A stretch of 32,000 bases of DNA from Nitrosospira multiformis ATCC 25196. GTDB lineage: Bacteria; Pseudomonadota; Gammaproteobacteria; Burkholderiales; Nitrosomonadaceae. The notes beneath the pieces are model-generated. The model ran no database searches and was not told the DNA's origin. It was given only the letters and a program-made list of their open reading frames with translations. This document shows, in pieces, positions 6,418 through 16,397 of the stretch (position 1 is the stretch's first letter; every line of letters starts with the position of its first letter). A program made the translations under genes and the position numbers. The stretch lies in the NCBI RefSeq assembly GCF_000196355.1, contig NC_007614.1, positions 1,140,001-1,172,000 of the forward strand. The letters run 5' to 3'.

Positions 6418-7932
6418 TTATTTTCCCAGATGCCACAGTATCACTATGATCAGTAATACGATGAAGATGGTGAGGCGCCGGGTCTCACGTTTTTTCTCCA
6501 GGATGAACTGGTCCATCTTTTCTTCCAGAGCGCTGGTACGTATTTCCGTCAGGGCATGATGCATCAGGCGGGGAAACTGGGGCATGATTACCGCCCAACT
6601 CGTGGCTTCCTTGCGCAGGCGGCGGCTGAGCCCTCTCCAGCCCAACTGCTCCGCCATCCAGTTTTCCAGGTACGGCTTGGCTGTCGTCCACAGGTCGAGA
6701 TTAGGGTCGAGGTCCCGCCCCAGCCCCTCGATATTGAGCAGGGTTTTTTGCAGCATCACGAGCTGCGGCTGGATTTCGACATTGAACTGGCGCGACGTTT
6801 GAAACAGCCGCAGCAATACCCGCCCAAATGAAATCTCGCTCAAGGGCTTGTCGAAAATAGGTTCGCATACTGCCCGGATAGCGGTTTCGAAATCATTGAC
6901 TCGCGTGTTTTTCGGCGCCCATCCCGCCTCCACGTGCGCTTCCGCCACACGCTTGTAGTCACGGCGGAAGAAAGCCAGGAAATTCTGCGCGAGATAATTC
7001 TTGTCTTCGTCGGTAAGGGTTCCCATTATGCCGAAGTCGACAGCGATATACCGGCCGTCCTTGCCGACAAAGATGTTTCCCGGATGCATGTCGGCATGAA
7101 AATAGCCATCGCGGAATACCTGGGTGAAAAAGATTTCCACGCCGACGCGGGCAAGTCGCGGAATATCCACGCCCTGCTCCCGCAAGGCTGTGACATGACT
7201 GATGGGCGTGCCTTTGACGCGCTGCATCACCATGACGCTCGAATAGCAGTAATCCCAGTAGACTTCCGGAACCAGAAGCAGGGGAGAATCCAGGAAATTG
7301 CGCCGCAACTGGCTGCAATTGGAGGCTTCGCGCATGAGATCCAGTTCGTCATCGAGATGACGGGCGAATTCAGTCACAACTTCCCGTACCTTGAGCCGCT
7401 TGGCATCCGGCCAGACTATTTCGAGCAAAAGAGCGCCTGTGTCCATCAGCGCGATATCATGGGCGATCACAGGCGCGATGCCGGGACGCAGCACCTTGAC
7501 TGCGACTTCCGTACCATCATGCAGCACTGCCAGATGAACCTGGGCAATGGACGCGCTTGCTACCGGCTCCACATCGAACAGCAGAAAAACTTCGTTGACG
7601 GGTTTTCCGTAGACCTCTTCCAGTGTCTTGAGGGCAATGCTGGAGGGAAATGGTGGAACCTGATCCTGTAGTTTCGCCAGTTCGTCGGCGATATCGGGCG
7701 GCAGAAGATCCCGCCGGGTAGAGAGCATCTGGCCGAACTTGACGAAGATGGGACCCAGAGCCTCCAGGGCGAGGCGGAGACGTTCGCCCCGCGCACGATC
7801 CAGTTTACGCCAGAACGTTGCCGTTCTGACGACAGGCCGCAGTAGGCGCAGACGTTCGTGGCTCAGGAAGAATTCGTCGAGGCCGAAACGGAATGAGACG
7901 GCGAGTATTTTGAGAAGACGGAAGAAACGCAT
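6418..7932 (-). CDS. ubiB: Ubiquinone biosynthesis regulatory protein kinase UbiB (ABC1/AarF family)
   Basis: 504 aa. The N-terminus [21 protein letters not shown]...[24 protein letters not shown] and the motifs [17 protein letters not shown] and DFGIMG are typical. Two C-terminal TM helices are present. The gene follows the ubiJ-like gene as in the known ubi clusters. Confidence 0.93.
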   Translation of the reverse strand: MRFFRLLKILAVSFRFGLDEFFLSHERLRLLRPVVRTATFWRKLDRARGERLRLALEALGPIFVKFGQMLSTRRDLLPPDIADELAKLQDQVPPFPSSIALKTLEEVYGKPVNEVFLLFDVEPVASASIAQVHLAVLHDGTEVAVKVLRPGIAPVIAHDIALMDTGALLLEIVWPDAKRLKVREVVTEFARHLDDELDLMREASNCSQLRRNFLDSPLLLVPEVYWDYCYSSVMVMQRVKGTPISHVTALREQGVDIPRLARVGVEIFFTQVFRDGYFHADMHPGNIFVGKDGRYIAVDFGIMGTLTDEDKNYLAQNFLAFFRRDYKRVAEAHVEAGWAPKNTRVNDFETAIRAVCEPIFDKPLSEISFGRVLLRLFQTSRQFNVEIQPQLVMLQKTLLNIEGLGRDLDPNLDLWTTAKPYLENWMAEQLGWRGLSRRLRKEATSWAVIMPQFPRLMHHALTEIRTSALEEKMDQFILEKKRETRRLTIFIVLLIIVILWHLGK

Positions 7933-7997
7933 TTATTCTATTCTGCTACCCCGATTCGCTCAGGGATTTGCCCAGATATTCCTTCTTCTCAGTTCAC

Positions 7998-8579
7998 TTA
8001 TAAGGACTTGTTTATGAGGCCTTCCACGCGCAGTTCCAGTCTTGACACCTGGTCCTGCAATCCGCTCACTTCATTGGCGAACGTACGCATGTCGGTTGGC
8101 TTGGCAAGTACCGGCTGCTCTTCGGTGAGGTACTCCGTCAAAGCCCGAGACAAATTATTAAGGGTTTCGTTATGCCAGTGGGCCAGGTTTTCCCCCGCCC
8201 GGACCACCCGGTGAGCGAGGATGTCTCCCATCACATCGCTTAAATCCTGCTCCACGTCCCAGCGCAGATTCTGTCCGATCTCGAGGATTTCCTGGCCGAA
8301 CACGCTATCCCCGGAAATCCGGATTTCACGGTATGCGGCTTCGTCGCGAACGAGCAGGCGCGGCAGCAATGCCGGCATGATGGTCAGGATGGCGTCGTTG
8401 CCAGCGACGGTGGATGCCGCCGCCACCTCGCCGGTAGGCTGGATGATGACGGCAAGATCAAAAAAAGGTGGAACGCGAAAACGGGCAGTCTTCCCGGCGC
8501 ATGGCTGCAGACGTTTGCGCGCCCAGCTTTCTCCACGCAGCATATGGTTGAGCGGAACTATCGCCACCGATGCCAGCAT
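7998..8579 (-). CDS. ubiJ: SCP2-domain ubiquinone biosynthesis accessory factor (UbiJ-like)
   Basis: 193 aa. The architecture matches YigP/UbiJ: an N-terminal SCP2-like region (LNHMLRGESWARKRLQPCAGKTARFRV) and a C-terminal amphipathic coiled segment (VSGLQDQVSRLELRVEGL). It lies directly upstream of ubiB. Confidence 0.75.
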   Translation of the reverse strand: MLASVAIVPLNHMLRGESWARKRLQPCAGKTARFRVPPFFDLAVIIQPTGEVAAASTVAGNDAILTIMPALLPRLLVRDEAAYREIRISGDSVFGQEILEIGQNLRWDVEQDLSDVMGDILAHRVVRAGENLAHWHNETLNNLSRALTEYLTEEQPVLAKPTDMRTFANEVSGLQDQVSRLELRVEGLINKSL

Positions 8580-8591
8580 GGAATCCGGTCT

Positions 8592-9479
8592 CTAGGAGAC
8601 TTGTTGAATTCCAGCGAGCAGCCAGACAGCATCGGGATCTTTGAGATCCTTCTGCACATGCCAGATTTCATCGAACGCTTCCGGCGTTGACTGGGGCGAT
8701 TCGCGCAATTGGCCATTGAAGCGGACGCTGGCAATTGCCATGTCTTTTTCCGTGACCACTTCAAGCAGCTGCGCATTGATCGCCAGCACGTCGGTTCGCT
8801 GGGGCTCGTTACCGCGCTCGTTGATCTGCATGCTGATCTCCGCATACATTTCGGGGGTAGTATATTCCCGGATATCGTTCAGGTCGCGCGCATCATTTGC
8901 TGCCTGCAAGCGTATGAATGAAGTCTTCGCGTTACGCAGGAAAGGTTCCACCTGAAAATCAGCGGGAATATTGCCTGTGCCGGAAACCGGGGCCACTGCG
9001 CTCGCTCTCGGGGTCGTCTCTGGTGCGGAGCCCGTTGCGGCTGTTGCTCCGGGTGTGACGCCGTGATCGGTTGAGGTTCCCTGCATGCCCGAATACTGCA
9101 TCGGGCGGGCCGAGTGTTCCTGTCTCGGTTTGCGCAGCATGCGCATGACAAAGAAGATCCCGCCGATCAACGCTGCCAGCATCAGCACGTCCATCATATT
9201 GATCCCTTCGAATGCGCCGCCCATGAAAAGCGCAGCCAGTAACCCTCCCGCAGCCAGACCCGCCAAGGGTCCCAACCACTTATTGCCGCCTGGACGCGTG
9301 GCTGCTCCAGGCGCGGCGTTAGGTGCCGTTCCGGGTTGAGGCGCTGCCTGCTGCTGGCTCATGGATTCCCGTTGCTTGCCGATACTTTGACCGCCCCCGA
9401 AGCGTTTCGCCTCGGCATCGAAGGCCGCCAATCCGAAGCTGAAAACGGCCAGGGTCAACAGAGTCAATATTTTCTTCAT
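8592..9479 (-). CDS. Tim44-like domain membrane protein
   Basis: 295 aa with a signal/anchor, a Gly/Ala-rich TM pair (WLGPLAGLAAGGLLAALFMGGAF...LMLAALIGGIFFV), a low-complexity linker, and a C-terminal Tim44-like fold (FLRNAKTSFIRLQAANDARDLNDIREYTTPEMYAEI...WLLAGIQQ). This is the usual neighbour of ubiJ/ubiB in betaproteobacteria. Confidence 0.85.
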   Translation of the reverse strand: MKKILTLLTLAVFSFGLAAFDAEAKRFGGGQSIGKQRESMSQQQAAPQPGTAPNAAPGAATRPGGNKWLGPLAGLAAGGLLAALFMGGAFEGINMMDVLMLAALIGGIFFVMRMLRKPRQEHSARPMQYSGMQGTSTDHGVTPGATAATGSAPETTPRASAVAPVSGTGNIPADFQVEPFLRNAKTSFIRLQAANDARDLNDIREYTTPEMYAEISMQINERGNEPQRTDVLAINAQLLEVVTEKDMAIASVRFNGQLRESPQSTPEAFDEIWHVQKDLKDPDAVWLLAGIQQVS

Positions 9480-9579
9480 GAAAGTCTCCCGGGATACGGT
9501 TAAAGTAAGGAGTATAGCACCATCAATTCAAGGAAATGTCGGCTAAAATCAGAATTGCTCACACCTTTGAGGATCCTGT

Positions 9580-9881
9580 CGGGGATAAACGATCGATGGA
9601 GGAAAAACGGAAAAGTTCGGCGAGCAGCCGGCTATAGCAGCGGCCACGGCCGTCCGGCAGCAGGGGTGGCAAAACATCTGTCATATGAGGGGTGACGTAC
9701 AGACGCAGCCGAAGATCCTGTCTCTAATCGCCAGTTTGGCCCCTGCATGGGGATCGGGATTTTCCGCTGCGCTGCTGGCAGCAGTATAAGGAACGGAGTA
9801 AAGGGTGCTCGCTGACGAGACCGAAGGAGCGAAGGGCTAAAGGATCGCAGGAAACTGGAAAAATCGTTCGGTTTATCCCCG
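9580..9881. repeat. Long-range inverted repeat (arms 9580-9597 and 9863-9881) enclosing ~265 nt of non-coding sequence
   Basis: CGGGGATAAAC (9580-9590) is the exact reverse complement of GTTTATCCCCG (9871-9881). Pairing extends to about 17 bp with one bulge and one mismatch (gatcgat / atcgttcg). Internal direct repeats are GA(G/A)GATCCTGTC at 9569 and 9711, and AGGGGTG at 9662 and 9688. Confidence 0.6.
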
Positions 9882-9976
9882 TTCGGCTATCGCAACATCT
9901 TTCGAGCGAATATCTTTTATCTTTTAGCCGGATTTCAAGTAACCGTGTTCGATAAGTGCTATTGCGAGGAACATAC

Positions 9977-10861
9977 GTGGAGAAAATTCGACGCATACTC
10001 ATCTCCACCGATTTCTCCCCGCGCGGCGAGCGCGCCGTGCAGCGCGCCGCGCTGCTGGCGTCAGAGCATGCAGCCGAACTGTATCTGTTGCATGTCCTTC
10101 CGGCGTTGCCGCTCGAAGTATTCAAGCATCTGATAGCCGAAACGCCGCTGGAAACAGAACAGAGGCTCTACAACCGGGCAAAGATAGCACTGCAGAACAG
10201 GGCGGATATGTTGGCGTTGAGAGGCATACGGGTAAAGCATCACGTTGCCATCGGCAGGGCGCACCTCGAGATTAACCGATATGCCCAGTCCCATCATGCC
10301 GATCTCATTGTGATCGGGGATCAGGGGGAAAGCTTTGCATGCGAATTCTTTCTAGGGACGACCGCATCGAAAACGCTTCGCACGGGCCATCATCCCTTGC
10401 TGATCGTCAAGCAGGAGCCCAGGGATGAGTACAAGCATGTGCTGGTACCCGTCGATTTTTCCAAAAACTCCCTGAATGCGCTGGAGATGGCATTGAAAGC
10501 AGTGATGGATGCATCCATTCACGTCTTGCATGTGGTGGAAATGCCGCTGGGGCAGAAAATGAAGCAGGCAGGGTACGATGCAGGTCAGGTCGACCACTAC
10601 CACGAAGAAATGTTGATCCATGCCCGAGAAGGCATGGAGAAGATAGTGAGCGATTATGCGCACGGGGACAGACGCGTTGTATCCATTATCGAATACGGCC
10701 ATGCGCCGGATGTGATCCGCGAGAAAGCGCAGGCACTCGATATTGATCTCATCGTGATAGGCAAGCGTGGGCAGACAGAACTGGATGAAGCGCTATTCGG
10801 GTCAGCCACAAAGCATGTCCTTTATGAAACCCCTTGCGATGTGCTCGTAGTCAACCCGTAA
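9977..10861 (+). CDS. Universal stress protein with tandem Usp domains (UspE-like)
   Basis: There are two Usp/adenine-nucleotide alpha-hydrolase halves (RRILISTDFS...LYLLHV...DLIVIGDQG...LGTTASKTLR and KHVLVPVDFS...IHVLHV...DLIVIGKRGQT...GSATKHVLYETPCDVLVV). The start was set at GTG 9977, which has an AGGAA SD upstream. The track ORF begins at 9956. Confidence 0.85.
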   Translation: MEKIRRILISTDFSPRGERAVQRAALLASEHAAELYLLHVLPALPLEVFKHLIAETPLETEQRLYNRAKIALQNRADMLALRGIRVKHHVAIGRAHLEINRYAQSHHADLIVIGDQGESFACEFFLGTTASKTLRTGHHPLLIVKQEPRDEYKHVLVPVDFSKNSLNALEMALKAVMDASIHVLHVVEMPLGQKMKQAGYDAGQVDHYHEEMLIHAREGMEKIVSDYAHGDRRVVSIIEYGHAPDVIREKAQALDIDLIVIGKRGQTELDEALFGSATKHVLYETPCDVLVVNP

Positions 10862-10942
10862 TATGATGCCTTAATATGATTTTGTAATTCTCAAGCCCTG
10901 ATGGAGCGCTGGATCTTTATGCGTTCCGCTCAAGCCCTTGCC

Positions 10943-12049
10943 ATGAAAATTTTGACGGTCAACACAGGCAGCTCATCGGTACGCCTGGCAGCATTCCTTC
11001 ACCATCAGGAAAAGCTGACGGAGCTTGTGAGTGTCAGGGAAGATTCCGGTGGTGAGCCGGAAGATATCCTCCAGGAATTCGTGCAGGTCCACAAACTTGG
11101 CAAGGTGAATGTCGTGGCGCATCGCGTCGTGCATGGAGGCATGCGTCTTACTTCCCCTTGCGTGATCGATCGCGACGTGGAGAGGGAAATCGAATGTCTT
11201 GCGCCGCTTGCGCCCTTGCATAACCCCGTCGCACTGGAGTGGATACGTGCCGCCAAGGAAGTATTCGGTATTCATATGCCGCAAGTTGCAGTATTCGACA
11301 CCGCATTTTTTACCCATCTGCCGACAGTTGCGCAAACTTACGCAATTCCGCATGAGCTGACCGGAAAGTACGCATTGCGGCGGTACGGTTTTCACGGACT
11401 GGCGCACCAGGCTATGTGGCAGGCTTGGCGCGATCAACATCCGGACTTTGTGCAAAATGGAAAAATCATTTCGATGCAGTTCGGAGCAGGTTGCTCGATC
11501 ACGGCGACAGAGAAAGGATTGCCTCGCGATACTTCCATGGGATTCTCGCCTCTGGAGGGATTGATGATGGCGACGCGCTCGGGCGACCTGGACCCCGGTC
11601 TGATGACGTTTTTGCAGCGGCAGGAGAGCTTGGCGCCGGAGCAGATGGATCGGCTGCTGAATGAGCAGTCCGGTTTATCGGGAGTGTCGGGAATCAGCGC
11701 CGATATCCGGGAACTGCTGAAGTCGAAAGACGAATACGCTGGGCTGGCGGTCGAGCTGTACTGTTACCGGGCGCGTAAATATCTGGGCGCTTATCTTGCC
11801 GTGCTGGGCGGGGCAAATGCAGTGATTTTTGGCGGGGGCGTGGGGGAGAACGTTCCAGTCGTGCGGGAAAAGATTCTGGCAGGAATGGAATGGTGCGGAA
11901 TCCATCTCGACGCGAAAAAGAACAGCGATGCGAGCGGGATGTCATGCATCAGTAGCGAAGCGAGTCGGGTCGAAGTGTGGGTGGCTCCCGTGAATGAGGC
12001 GACAATCCTCGCGCAGGAAGCAGAGGCAGTTATTTCCAGTCGTGGCTAG
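10943..12049 (+). CDS. ackA: Acetate kinase
   Basis: [16 protein letters not shown] (N-terminal phosphate-1 motif), [17 protein letters not shown] and FGGGVGEN motifs are present. The start was chosen at Met15 of the track ORF by homology to the conserved N-terminus; the exact start is uncertain. Confidence 0.9.
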   Translation: MKILTVNTGSSSVRLAAFLHHQEKLTELVSVREDSGGEPEDILQEFVQVHKLGKVNVVAHRVVHGGMRLTSPCVIDRDVEREIECLAPLAPLHNPVALEWIRAAKEVFGIHMPQVAVFDTAFFTHLPTVAQTYAIPHELTGKYALRRYGFHGLAHQAMWQAWRDQHPDFVQNGKIISMQFGAGCSITATEKGLPRDTSMGFSPLEGLMMATRSGDLDPGLMTFLQRQESLAPEQMDRLLNEQSGLSGVSGISADIRELLKSKDEYAGLAVELYCYRARKYLGAYLAVLGGANAVIFGGGVGENVPVVREKILAGMEWCGIHLDAKKNSDASGMSCISSEASRVEVWVAPVNEATILAQEAEAVISSRG

Positions 12050-12111
12050 CCTTTGCCCCAGTGCCTGGATTCTTCGGCAGTAACCAGTGTCCGGAAAAAG
12101 GAGGATTCAAT

Positions 12112-14535
12112 ATGAACCGTGCTTCGCCTGCAGTAAAAACCGAAAGCAATCCGCTATCCACGGACGAACTGCGCAAGATCGATGCATACTGGCGAGCGGC
12201 CAATTATCTCTCGGTGGGGCAAATCTATCTGCTGGACAACCCCTTGCTCAAGGAGCCCCTTACCGTCACGCACATCAAGCCGCGCCTGCTGGGCCATTGG
12301 GGTACATGCCCCGGTCTCAGTTTTATTTACGCGCATCTGAACCGCATCATAAAAAAATTTGATCTGGATATGTTCTATGTATGCGGACCCGGGCACGGTG
12401 GACCGGCAATGGTTGCCAACACGTGGCTGGAGGGGAGCTACAGCGAGTTTTATCCCCGTATCTCCCGGGATGCAACAGGCATGAAGAGGCTGTTTCGGCA
12501 GTTTTCCTTTCCCGGGGGGATTCCGAGTCATGTTGCCCCGGAAACGGCGGGGTCGATAAACGAAGGCGGGGAACTGGGTTACTCGCTTTCACATGCTTTC
12601 GGGGCGGCCTTTGACAATCCGGATTTGATCGTGGCTTGCGTGGTGGGCGATGGGGAAGCTGAAACCGGACCGCTTGCCGCCTCCTGGCACTCGAACAAGT
12701 TTCTCAATCCGGCCCGCGATGGAGCGGTGCTGCCTATTCTGCATCTCAACGGCTACAAGATCGCAAACCCTACCATACTTGCGCGCATCAGCCATGAGGA
12801 ACTGGAAAGCCTGTTTGCTGGTTATGGCTACCAGCCCTATTTCGTCGAGGGGTCGGACCCCGGGCCCATGCATCAGTCGATGGCTGCCGTGCTGGATACC
12901 GCGATCGAAAGTATACGGAGAATACAGCGTGAGGCGCGCAGCCGTGGAGTGAATTCAGGGGAGAGGCAGGAAGCCGTGACCTATCCCCGCTGGCCGCTGA
13001 TTATCCTGCGCAGCCCTAAAGGATGGACCGGACCGGAAGAAGTGGATGGGAAAAAGCTGGAAGACTACTGGCGCTCACACCAGGTACCCCTTGCGGAACT
13101 CGGTTCCAAGCCGGATCACCTGAAGCAGCTGGAAGACTGGATGAGGAGCTACAAACCCGAAGAGTTATTCGATGAGAACGGCTGTCTCATGCCGGAACTG
13201 GCGGCGCTTGCGCCCGAAGGGGATCGGCGCATGGGTGCCAATCCCCATGCCAATGGCGGTCTGCTTCTGAAAGAGCTGGAAATGCCCGATTTTCGCAGCT
13301 ATGCCGTTGACGTACCCGTACCGGGGACGGAAGTGCGGGAAGCCACGCGGGAAACGGGTAAGTTTCTTCGCGATATCATGAAACTCAATCTGGATAGCTC
13401 CAACTTTCGGGTAATGGGACCGGATGAGACCAGCTCGAACCGGCTTGACGCCCTCTTCGATGTAACAGCTCGAGCCTGGGTTGCGCAGCAGCTGCCTGAG
13501 GATGAGCACCTCTCTCCCGACGGGCGGGTGATGGAGATATTGTCCGAACACATATGCCAGGGCTGGCTGGAAGGTTATCTGCTTACCGGACGTCACGGAC
13601 TTTTTTCCTGCTATGAGGCTTTCATCCACATCGTTGATTCCATGTTCAACCAGCATGCCAAATGGCTCAAGGTCAGCAAGGAAATTCCCTGGCGGCGACC
13701 CATCGCCTCCCTCAATTATCTCTTGACATCGCATGTGTGGCGCCAGGACCACAACGGCTTTTCCCATCAGGACCCCGGTTTTATTGACCTTGTCGTCAAC
13801 AAGAAGGCAAGCATCATTCGTGTCTATCTTCCGCCGGATGCGAATACCCTTCTTTATATTACCGACAAGTGCCTTCGTTCCCGAAATTTCATCAATGTCA
13901 TCGTCGCGGGAAAACAGCCCGCACTTCAGTGGCTGGATATGGATGCGGCCATCAGACATGGCAGCGCTGGTATCGGGATATGGGGGTGGGCGAGCAACGA
14001 TCAGGAGGACGAGCCGGATGTGGTCATGGCTTGCGCGGGCGACATTCCCACCCTGGAGACGCTGGCTGCCGTGGATCTGCTGCGGCGCCATGTCCCGGAG
14101 TTGAGGATCCGTGTTGTCAATATCGTCGACCTGATGACCTTGCAGCCTCGATCGGAACATCCGGACGGGCTTTCAGACTGGGACTTCGATACGCTGTTCA
14201 CGACCAATAAGCCCATCATTTTCGCCTATCACGGCTACCCCTGGCTGATTCATCGCCTGACTTACCGTCGCACCAATCATCCCAACCTGCATGTGCGCGG
14301 TTACAAGGAAGAAGGCACCACGACTACCCCTTTCGATATGACAGTACTTAACGATCTGGACCGGTTTCATCTGGTAATGGATGTGGCGGACCGTGTACCC
14401 AAGCTGAGTTCCAAAGGCGCTTACCTCAAGCAACTGATGCGCGACAAGCTGATCGACCATAAACGCTATATCCGGCAATACGGTGAGGACATGCCGGAGA
14501 TACGGGATTGGCATTGGCCTTCACCCGGTTCGTAG
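12112..14535 (+). CDS. xfp: Xylulose-5-phosphate/fructose-6-phosphate phosphoketolase
   Basis: About 807 aa from the ATG at 12112, which has an AAGGAGG SD 6 nt upstream. Hallmark stretches are [51 protein letters not shown] and [18 protein letters not shown]. Confidence 0.95.
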   Translation: MNRASPAVKTESNPLSTDELRKIDAYWRAANYLSVGQIYLLDNPLLKEPLTVTHIKPRLLGHWGTCPGLSFIYAHLNRIIKKFDLDMFYVCGPGHGGPAMVANTWLEGSYSEFYPRISRDATGMKRLFRQFSFPGGIPSHVAPETAGSINEGGELGYSLSHAFGAAFDNPDLIVACVVGDGEAETGPLAASWHSNKFLNPARDGAVLPILHLNGYKIANPTILARISHEELESLFAGYGYQPYFVEGSDPGPMHQSMAAVLDTAIESIRRIQREARSRGVNSGERQEAVTYPRWPLIILRSPKGWTGPEEVDGKKLEDYWRSHQVPLAELGSKPDHLKQLEDWMRSYKPEELFDENGCLMPELAALAPEGDRRMGANPHANGGLLLKELEMPDFRSYAVDVPVPGTEVREATRETGKFLRDIMKLNLDSSNFRVMGPDETSSNRLDALFDVTARAWVAQQLPEDEHLSPDGRVMEILSEHICQGWLEGYLLTGRHGLFSCYEAFIHIVDSMFNQHAKWLKVSKEIPWRRPIASLNYLLTSHVWRQDHNGFSHQDPGFIDLVVNKKASIIRVYLPPDANTLLYITDKCLRSRNFINVIVAGKQPALQWLDMDAAIRHGSAGIGIWGWASNDQEDEPDVVMACAGDIPTLETLAAVDLLRRHVPELRIRVVNIVDLMTLQPRSEHPDGLSDWDFDTLFTTNKPIIFAYHGYPWLIHRLTYRRTNHPNLHVRGYKEEGTTTTPFDMTVLNDLDRFHLVMDVADRVPKLSSKGAYLKQLMRDKLIDHKRYIRQYGEDMPEIRDWHWPSPGS

Positions 14536-14809
14536 CCATTGTTGCCTGCCCAGTAAAATGGCGGTTTTCCTGCTAAAAATGTTTTTATCACCGCGCATGC
14601 TATATTGAAATATATCTCCAGTAACTCCAGTATTTTCCATGGGGTGCCCGTTCAAGGGTGGGATGGCTCCTCGCAGGAAGAGAGTACATTCACATGAGAA
14701 ATTCTTTCGGGACCGCTCTGAATCTTACGCAATTCGTATCGATATTGATTGGAATCGTATCTCGTTCATTATTCCAAATATCCAACCCCCGGATCGGATA
14801 GGAGCATTG

Positions 14810-15433
14810 ATGATACTCATCATCAATTTCATTGCGCTGTACGCGTCGTTTTCACTCAATCACATGCTTGCCATTTACTGGGGGGCGGTGCTGCCCGTGT
14901 TATATGCCCTGGTCATTGCTCCGCACGCGCTGATCGGCAGATCGGATATCCCTCCATCGACGATAACGAAAGTTCTCGCGGTGAAGTGGAACAATGCGGA
15001 GGAACTCACCGCTTACATTGTGAAATACTGGATGGCTTTGGCATATCCGACCACTTCGTGGAAAAAGCAGCGCAACAGTATCGTTTTGTCCCTGACATCG
15101 TTCTTCCTGGGCGTGGTTTATATTCTCAAGGAGTTGCTCGCCGCAGGGGTGGTGATGTTCGTAGTCGGTTATGTCCTGTATCAGATGAGCGTCCGGGTGG
15201 ACAGGCCGCGCGCGGTGTTTGGTAATTCTGACTTCAGGGACGGTACTGACAATGAATTTGCCAGGAAAGAATGGGAGCTGGCTGCCATGTCCATCATCGC
15301 ATTTTCGGAGCTCTATCCGGATGACAAGGCATTCAAGAAGGCGGCTGATGAGGTGCTGGAAGATAACGATGTGAAATCGATGCTGACGAAATACCGCTAT
15401 GATTACGGTGCCAGCTGGCTGAATGTGGCATGA
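14810..15433 (+). CDS. Hypothetical membrane protein (about 4 TM helices plus a C-terminal soluble domain)
   Basis: The start was chosen at ATG 14810, which has a GGAG SD 5 nt upstream. The track ORF starts at 14639, but that extension is basic and not protein-like. I recognise no family. Confidence 0.6.
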   Translation: MILIINFIALYASFSLNHMLAIYWGAVLPVLYALVIAPHALIGRSDIPPSTITKVLAVKWNNAEELTAYIVKYWMALAYPTTSWKKQRNSIVLSLTSFFLGVVYILKELLAAGVVMFVVGYVLYQMSVRVDRPRAVFGNSDFRDGTDNEFARKEWELAAMSIIAFSELYPDDKAFKKAADEVLEDNDVKSMLTKYRYDYGASWLNVA

Positions 15434-15479
15434 TTCCTCCTGCGATATCCTGAAGCGAGGCTACGCGCGGGGATATTCG

Positions 15480-15896
15480 CTATTTGTCGTTCGTGACGAG
15501 ATTTTTTTCGTTGGTATCGACGACAAAGACGGCCAGCAGGCGTGCAGGCTGAGTCTTGCTGTTATTTGCGCTGACGGCATGATGGTCACCCGGTAGTTCA
15601 GCGAAGCTTTCGCCGGCGCGATAAACCTTTTCCGGACCGTCATTGACTTTGCTACGAATTTCCCCCTCCAGGACCGTTGCATAGATGAAAGCCGACTTTG
15701 GATGGGTATGGGCGGGCGACGAGGCTCCCGGCTCGTATTCGACAAGCACGCCTTTCATGCTTTTGCCAGGCACATTCGGAAGGGCATGATCAAAGACCAG
15801 GGTTACCTTGGATTTGTCAGCAGGCAGGTTATCGGCTGAAGCCCCGCTTATGGAGAGAGCTGCGCAGGCAACGCTGCAGAGAAACCTGGTAAACAT
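15480..15896 (-). CDS. Secreted cupin-domain protein
   Basis: 138 aa. The signal peptide is MFTRFLCSVACAALSISGASA|D. The cupin motifs are G.S.P.H.H (PGASSPAHTHP) and a second strand pair (GESFAELPGDHHAV). Confidence 0.8.
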   Translation of the reverse strand: MFTRFLCSVACAALSISGASADNLPADKSKVTLVFDHALPNVPGKSMKGVLVEYEPGASSPAHTHPKSAFIYATVLEGEIRSKVNDGPEKVYRAGESFAELPGDHHAVSANNSKTQPARLLAVFVVDTNEKNLVTNDK

Positions 15897-15944
15897 TATG
15901 TCTCCTTTCGTTGATGGAAATGAGTGGAGAATTGTTGGCCATGC

Positions 15945-16397
15945 TCATGCCTTCACAGGATAACGGCTGGAAATGGCAATGCGATTCCAAGCATTGATGA
16001 CTACCGAGAGCCACTCGACAGCCGATATTTCATTTTTTGACAGATGGGCTGCTGCTTGCTCATAGATGGCATCCGGTACTTGTCCCTCAGAGATCAATGT
16101 GATTGCTTCCACCAGTGCCAACGATGAACGTTCCTTTTCAGTGAAATACCCGGTTTCCCGCCAGGCAGGCAGGACACTTATGCGATCGCTCGACTCGCCA
16201 CTGGACAGGGCGTCATGAGTATGCATCCTGATGCAGAATGCGCACTGGTTGAGTTGGGATGCACGAAGGCGCAGCAGATGTGCAAAGCCCTCGGGGATGC
16301 TTGCGGAAGCAATGGCCTCCGCTGCCAGCTTCTCAAGGCCCATGACGGCTTGGTAAAGGGCTGGAGCGGATTTACCCAGATTGATTCTTTCTGACAT
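15945..16397 (-). CDS. Carboxymuconolactone decarboxylase / AhpD-like alkylhydroperoxidase family protein
   Basis: 150 aa. LRASQLNQCAFCIRMH carries the CxxC core of the AhpD/CMD family. The length and helical pattern are typical. It is probably co-transcribed with the cupin gene. Confidence 0.85.
   Translation of the reverse strand: MSERINLGKSAPALYQAVMGLEKLAAEAIASASIPEGFAHLLRLRASQLNQCAFCIRMHTHDALSSGESSDRISVLPAWRETGYFTEKERSSLALVEAITLISEGQVPDAIYEQAAAHLSKNEISAVEWLSVVINAWNRIAISSRYPVKA

Noticed and set aside
9480-9976. I tested whether the structured-looking gap is RNase P RNA, tmRNA, SRP (4.5S) RNA, 6S RNA or a cobalamin riboswitch.
   Set aside because: I found none of the invariant motifs on either strand. 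Missing were GAGGAAAGUCC and ACAGAACCCGGCUUA for RNase P, a tRNA-like GGGG...UCCACCA end with a tag ORF for tmRNA, GGAAGCAGCC for SRP, and a B12 box. The region is kept only as an unexplained finding.
9724-10125. A 133-aa minus-strand ORF spans the non-coding gap and the usp 5' end.
   Set aside because: It overlaps the well-supported usp start. Its composition is Arg/Ser/Cys-rich, and it has no SD or motif.
13165-14160. A 331-aa ORF lies antisense to phosphoketolase. Similar long antisense ORFs occur at 17802-18836 (ppsA), 16835-17578 (ppsR), 6934-7671 (ubiB), 481-1041 (potC) and 28581-29204 (DUF815).
   Set aside because: Each lies fully inside a strongly supported gene on the other strand. 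The translations are Arg/Gly/Pro/His-rich with no recognisable motifs or SD sequences. These are typical shadow ORFs produced by the codon bias of the real gene.
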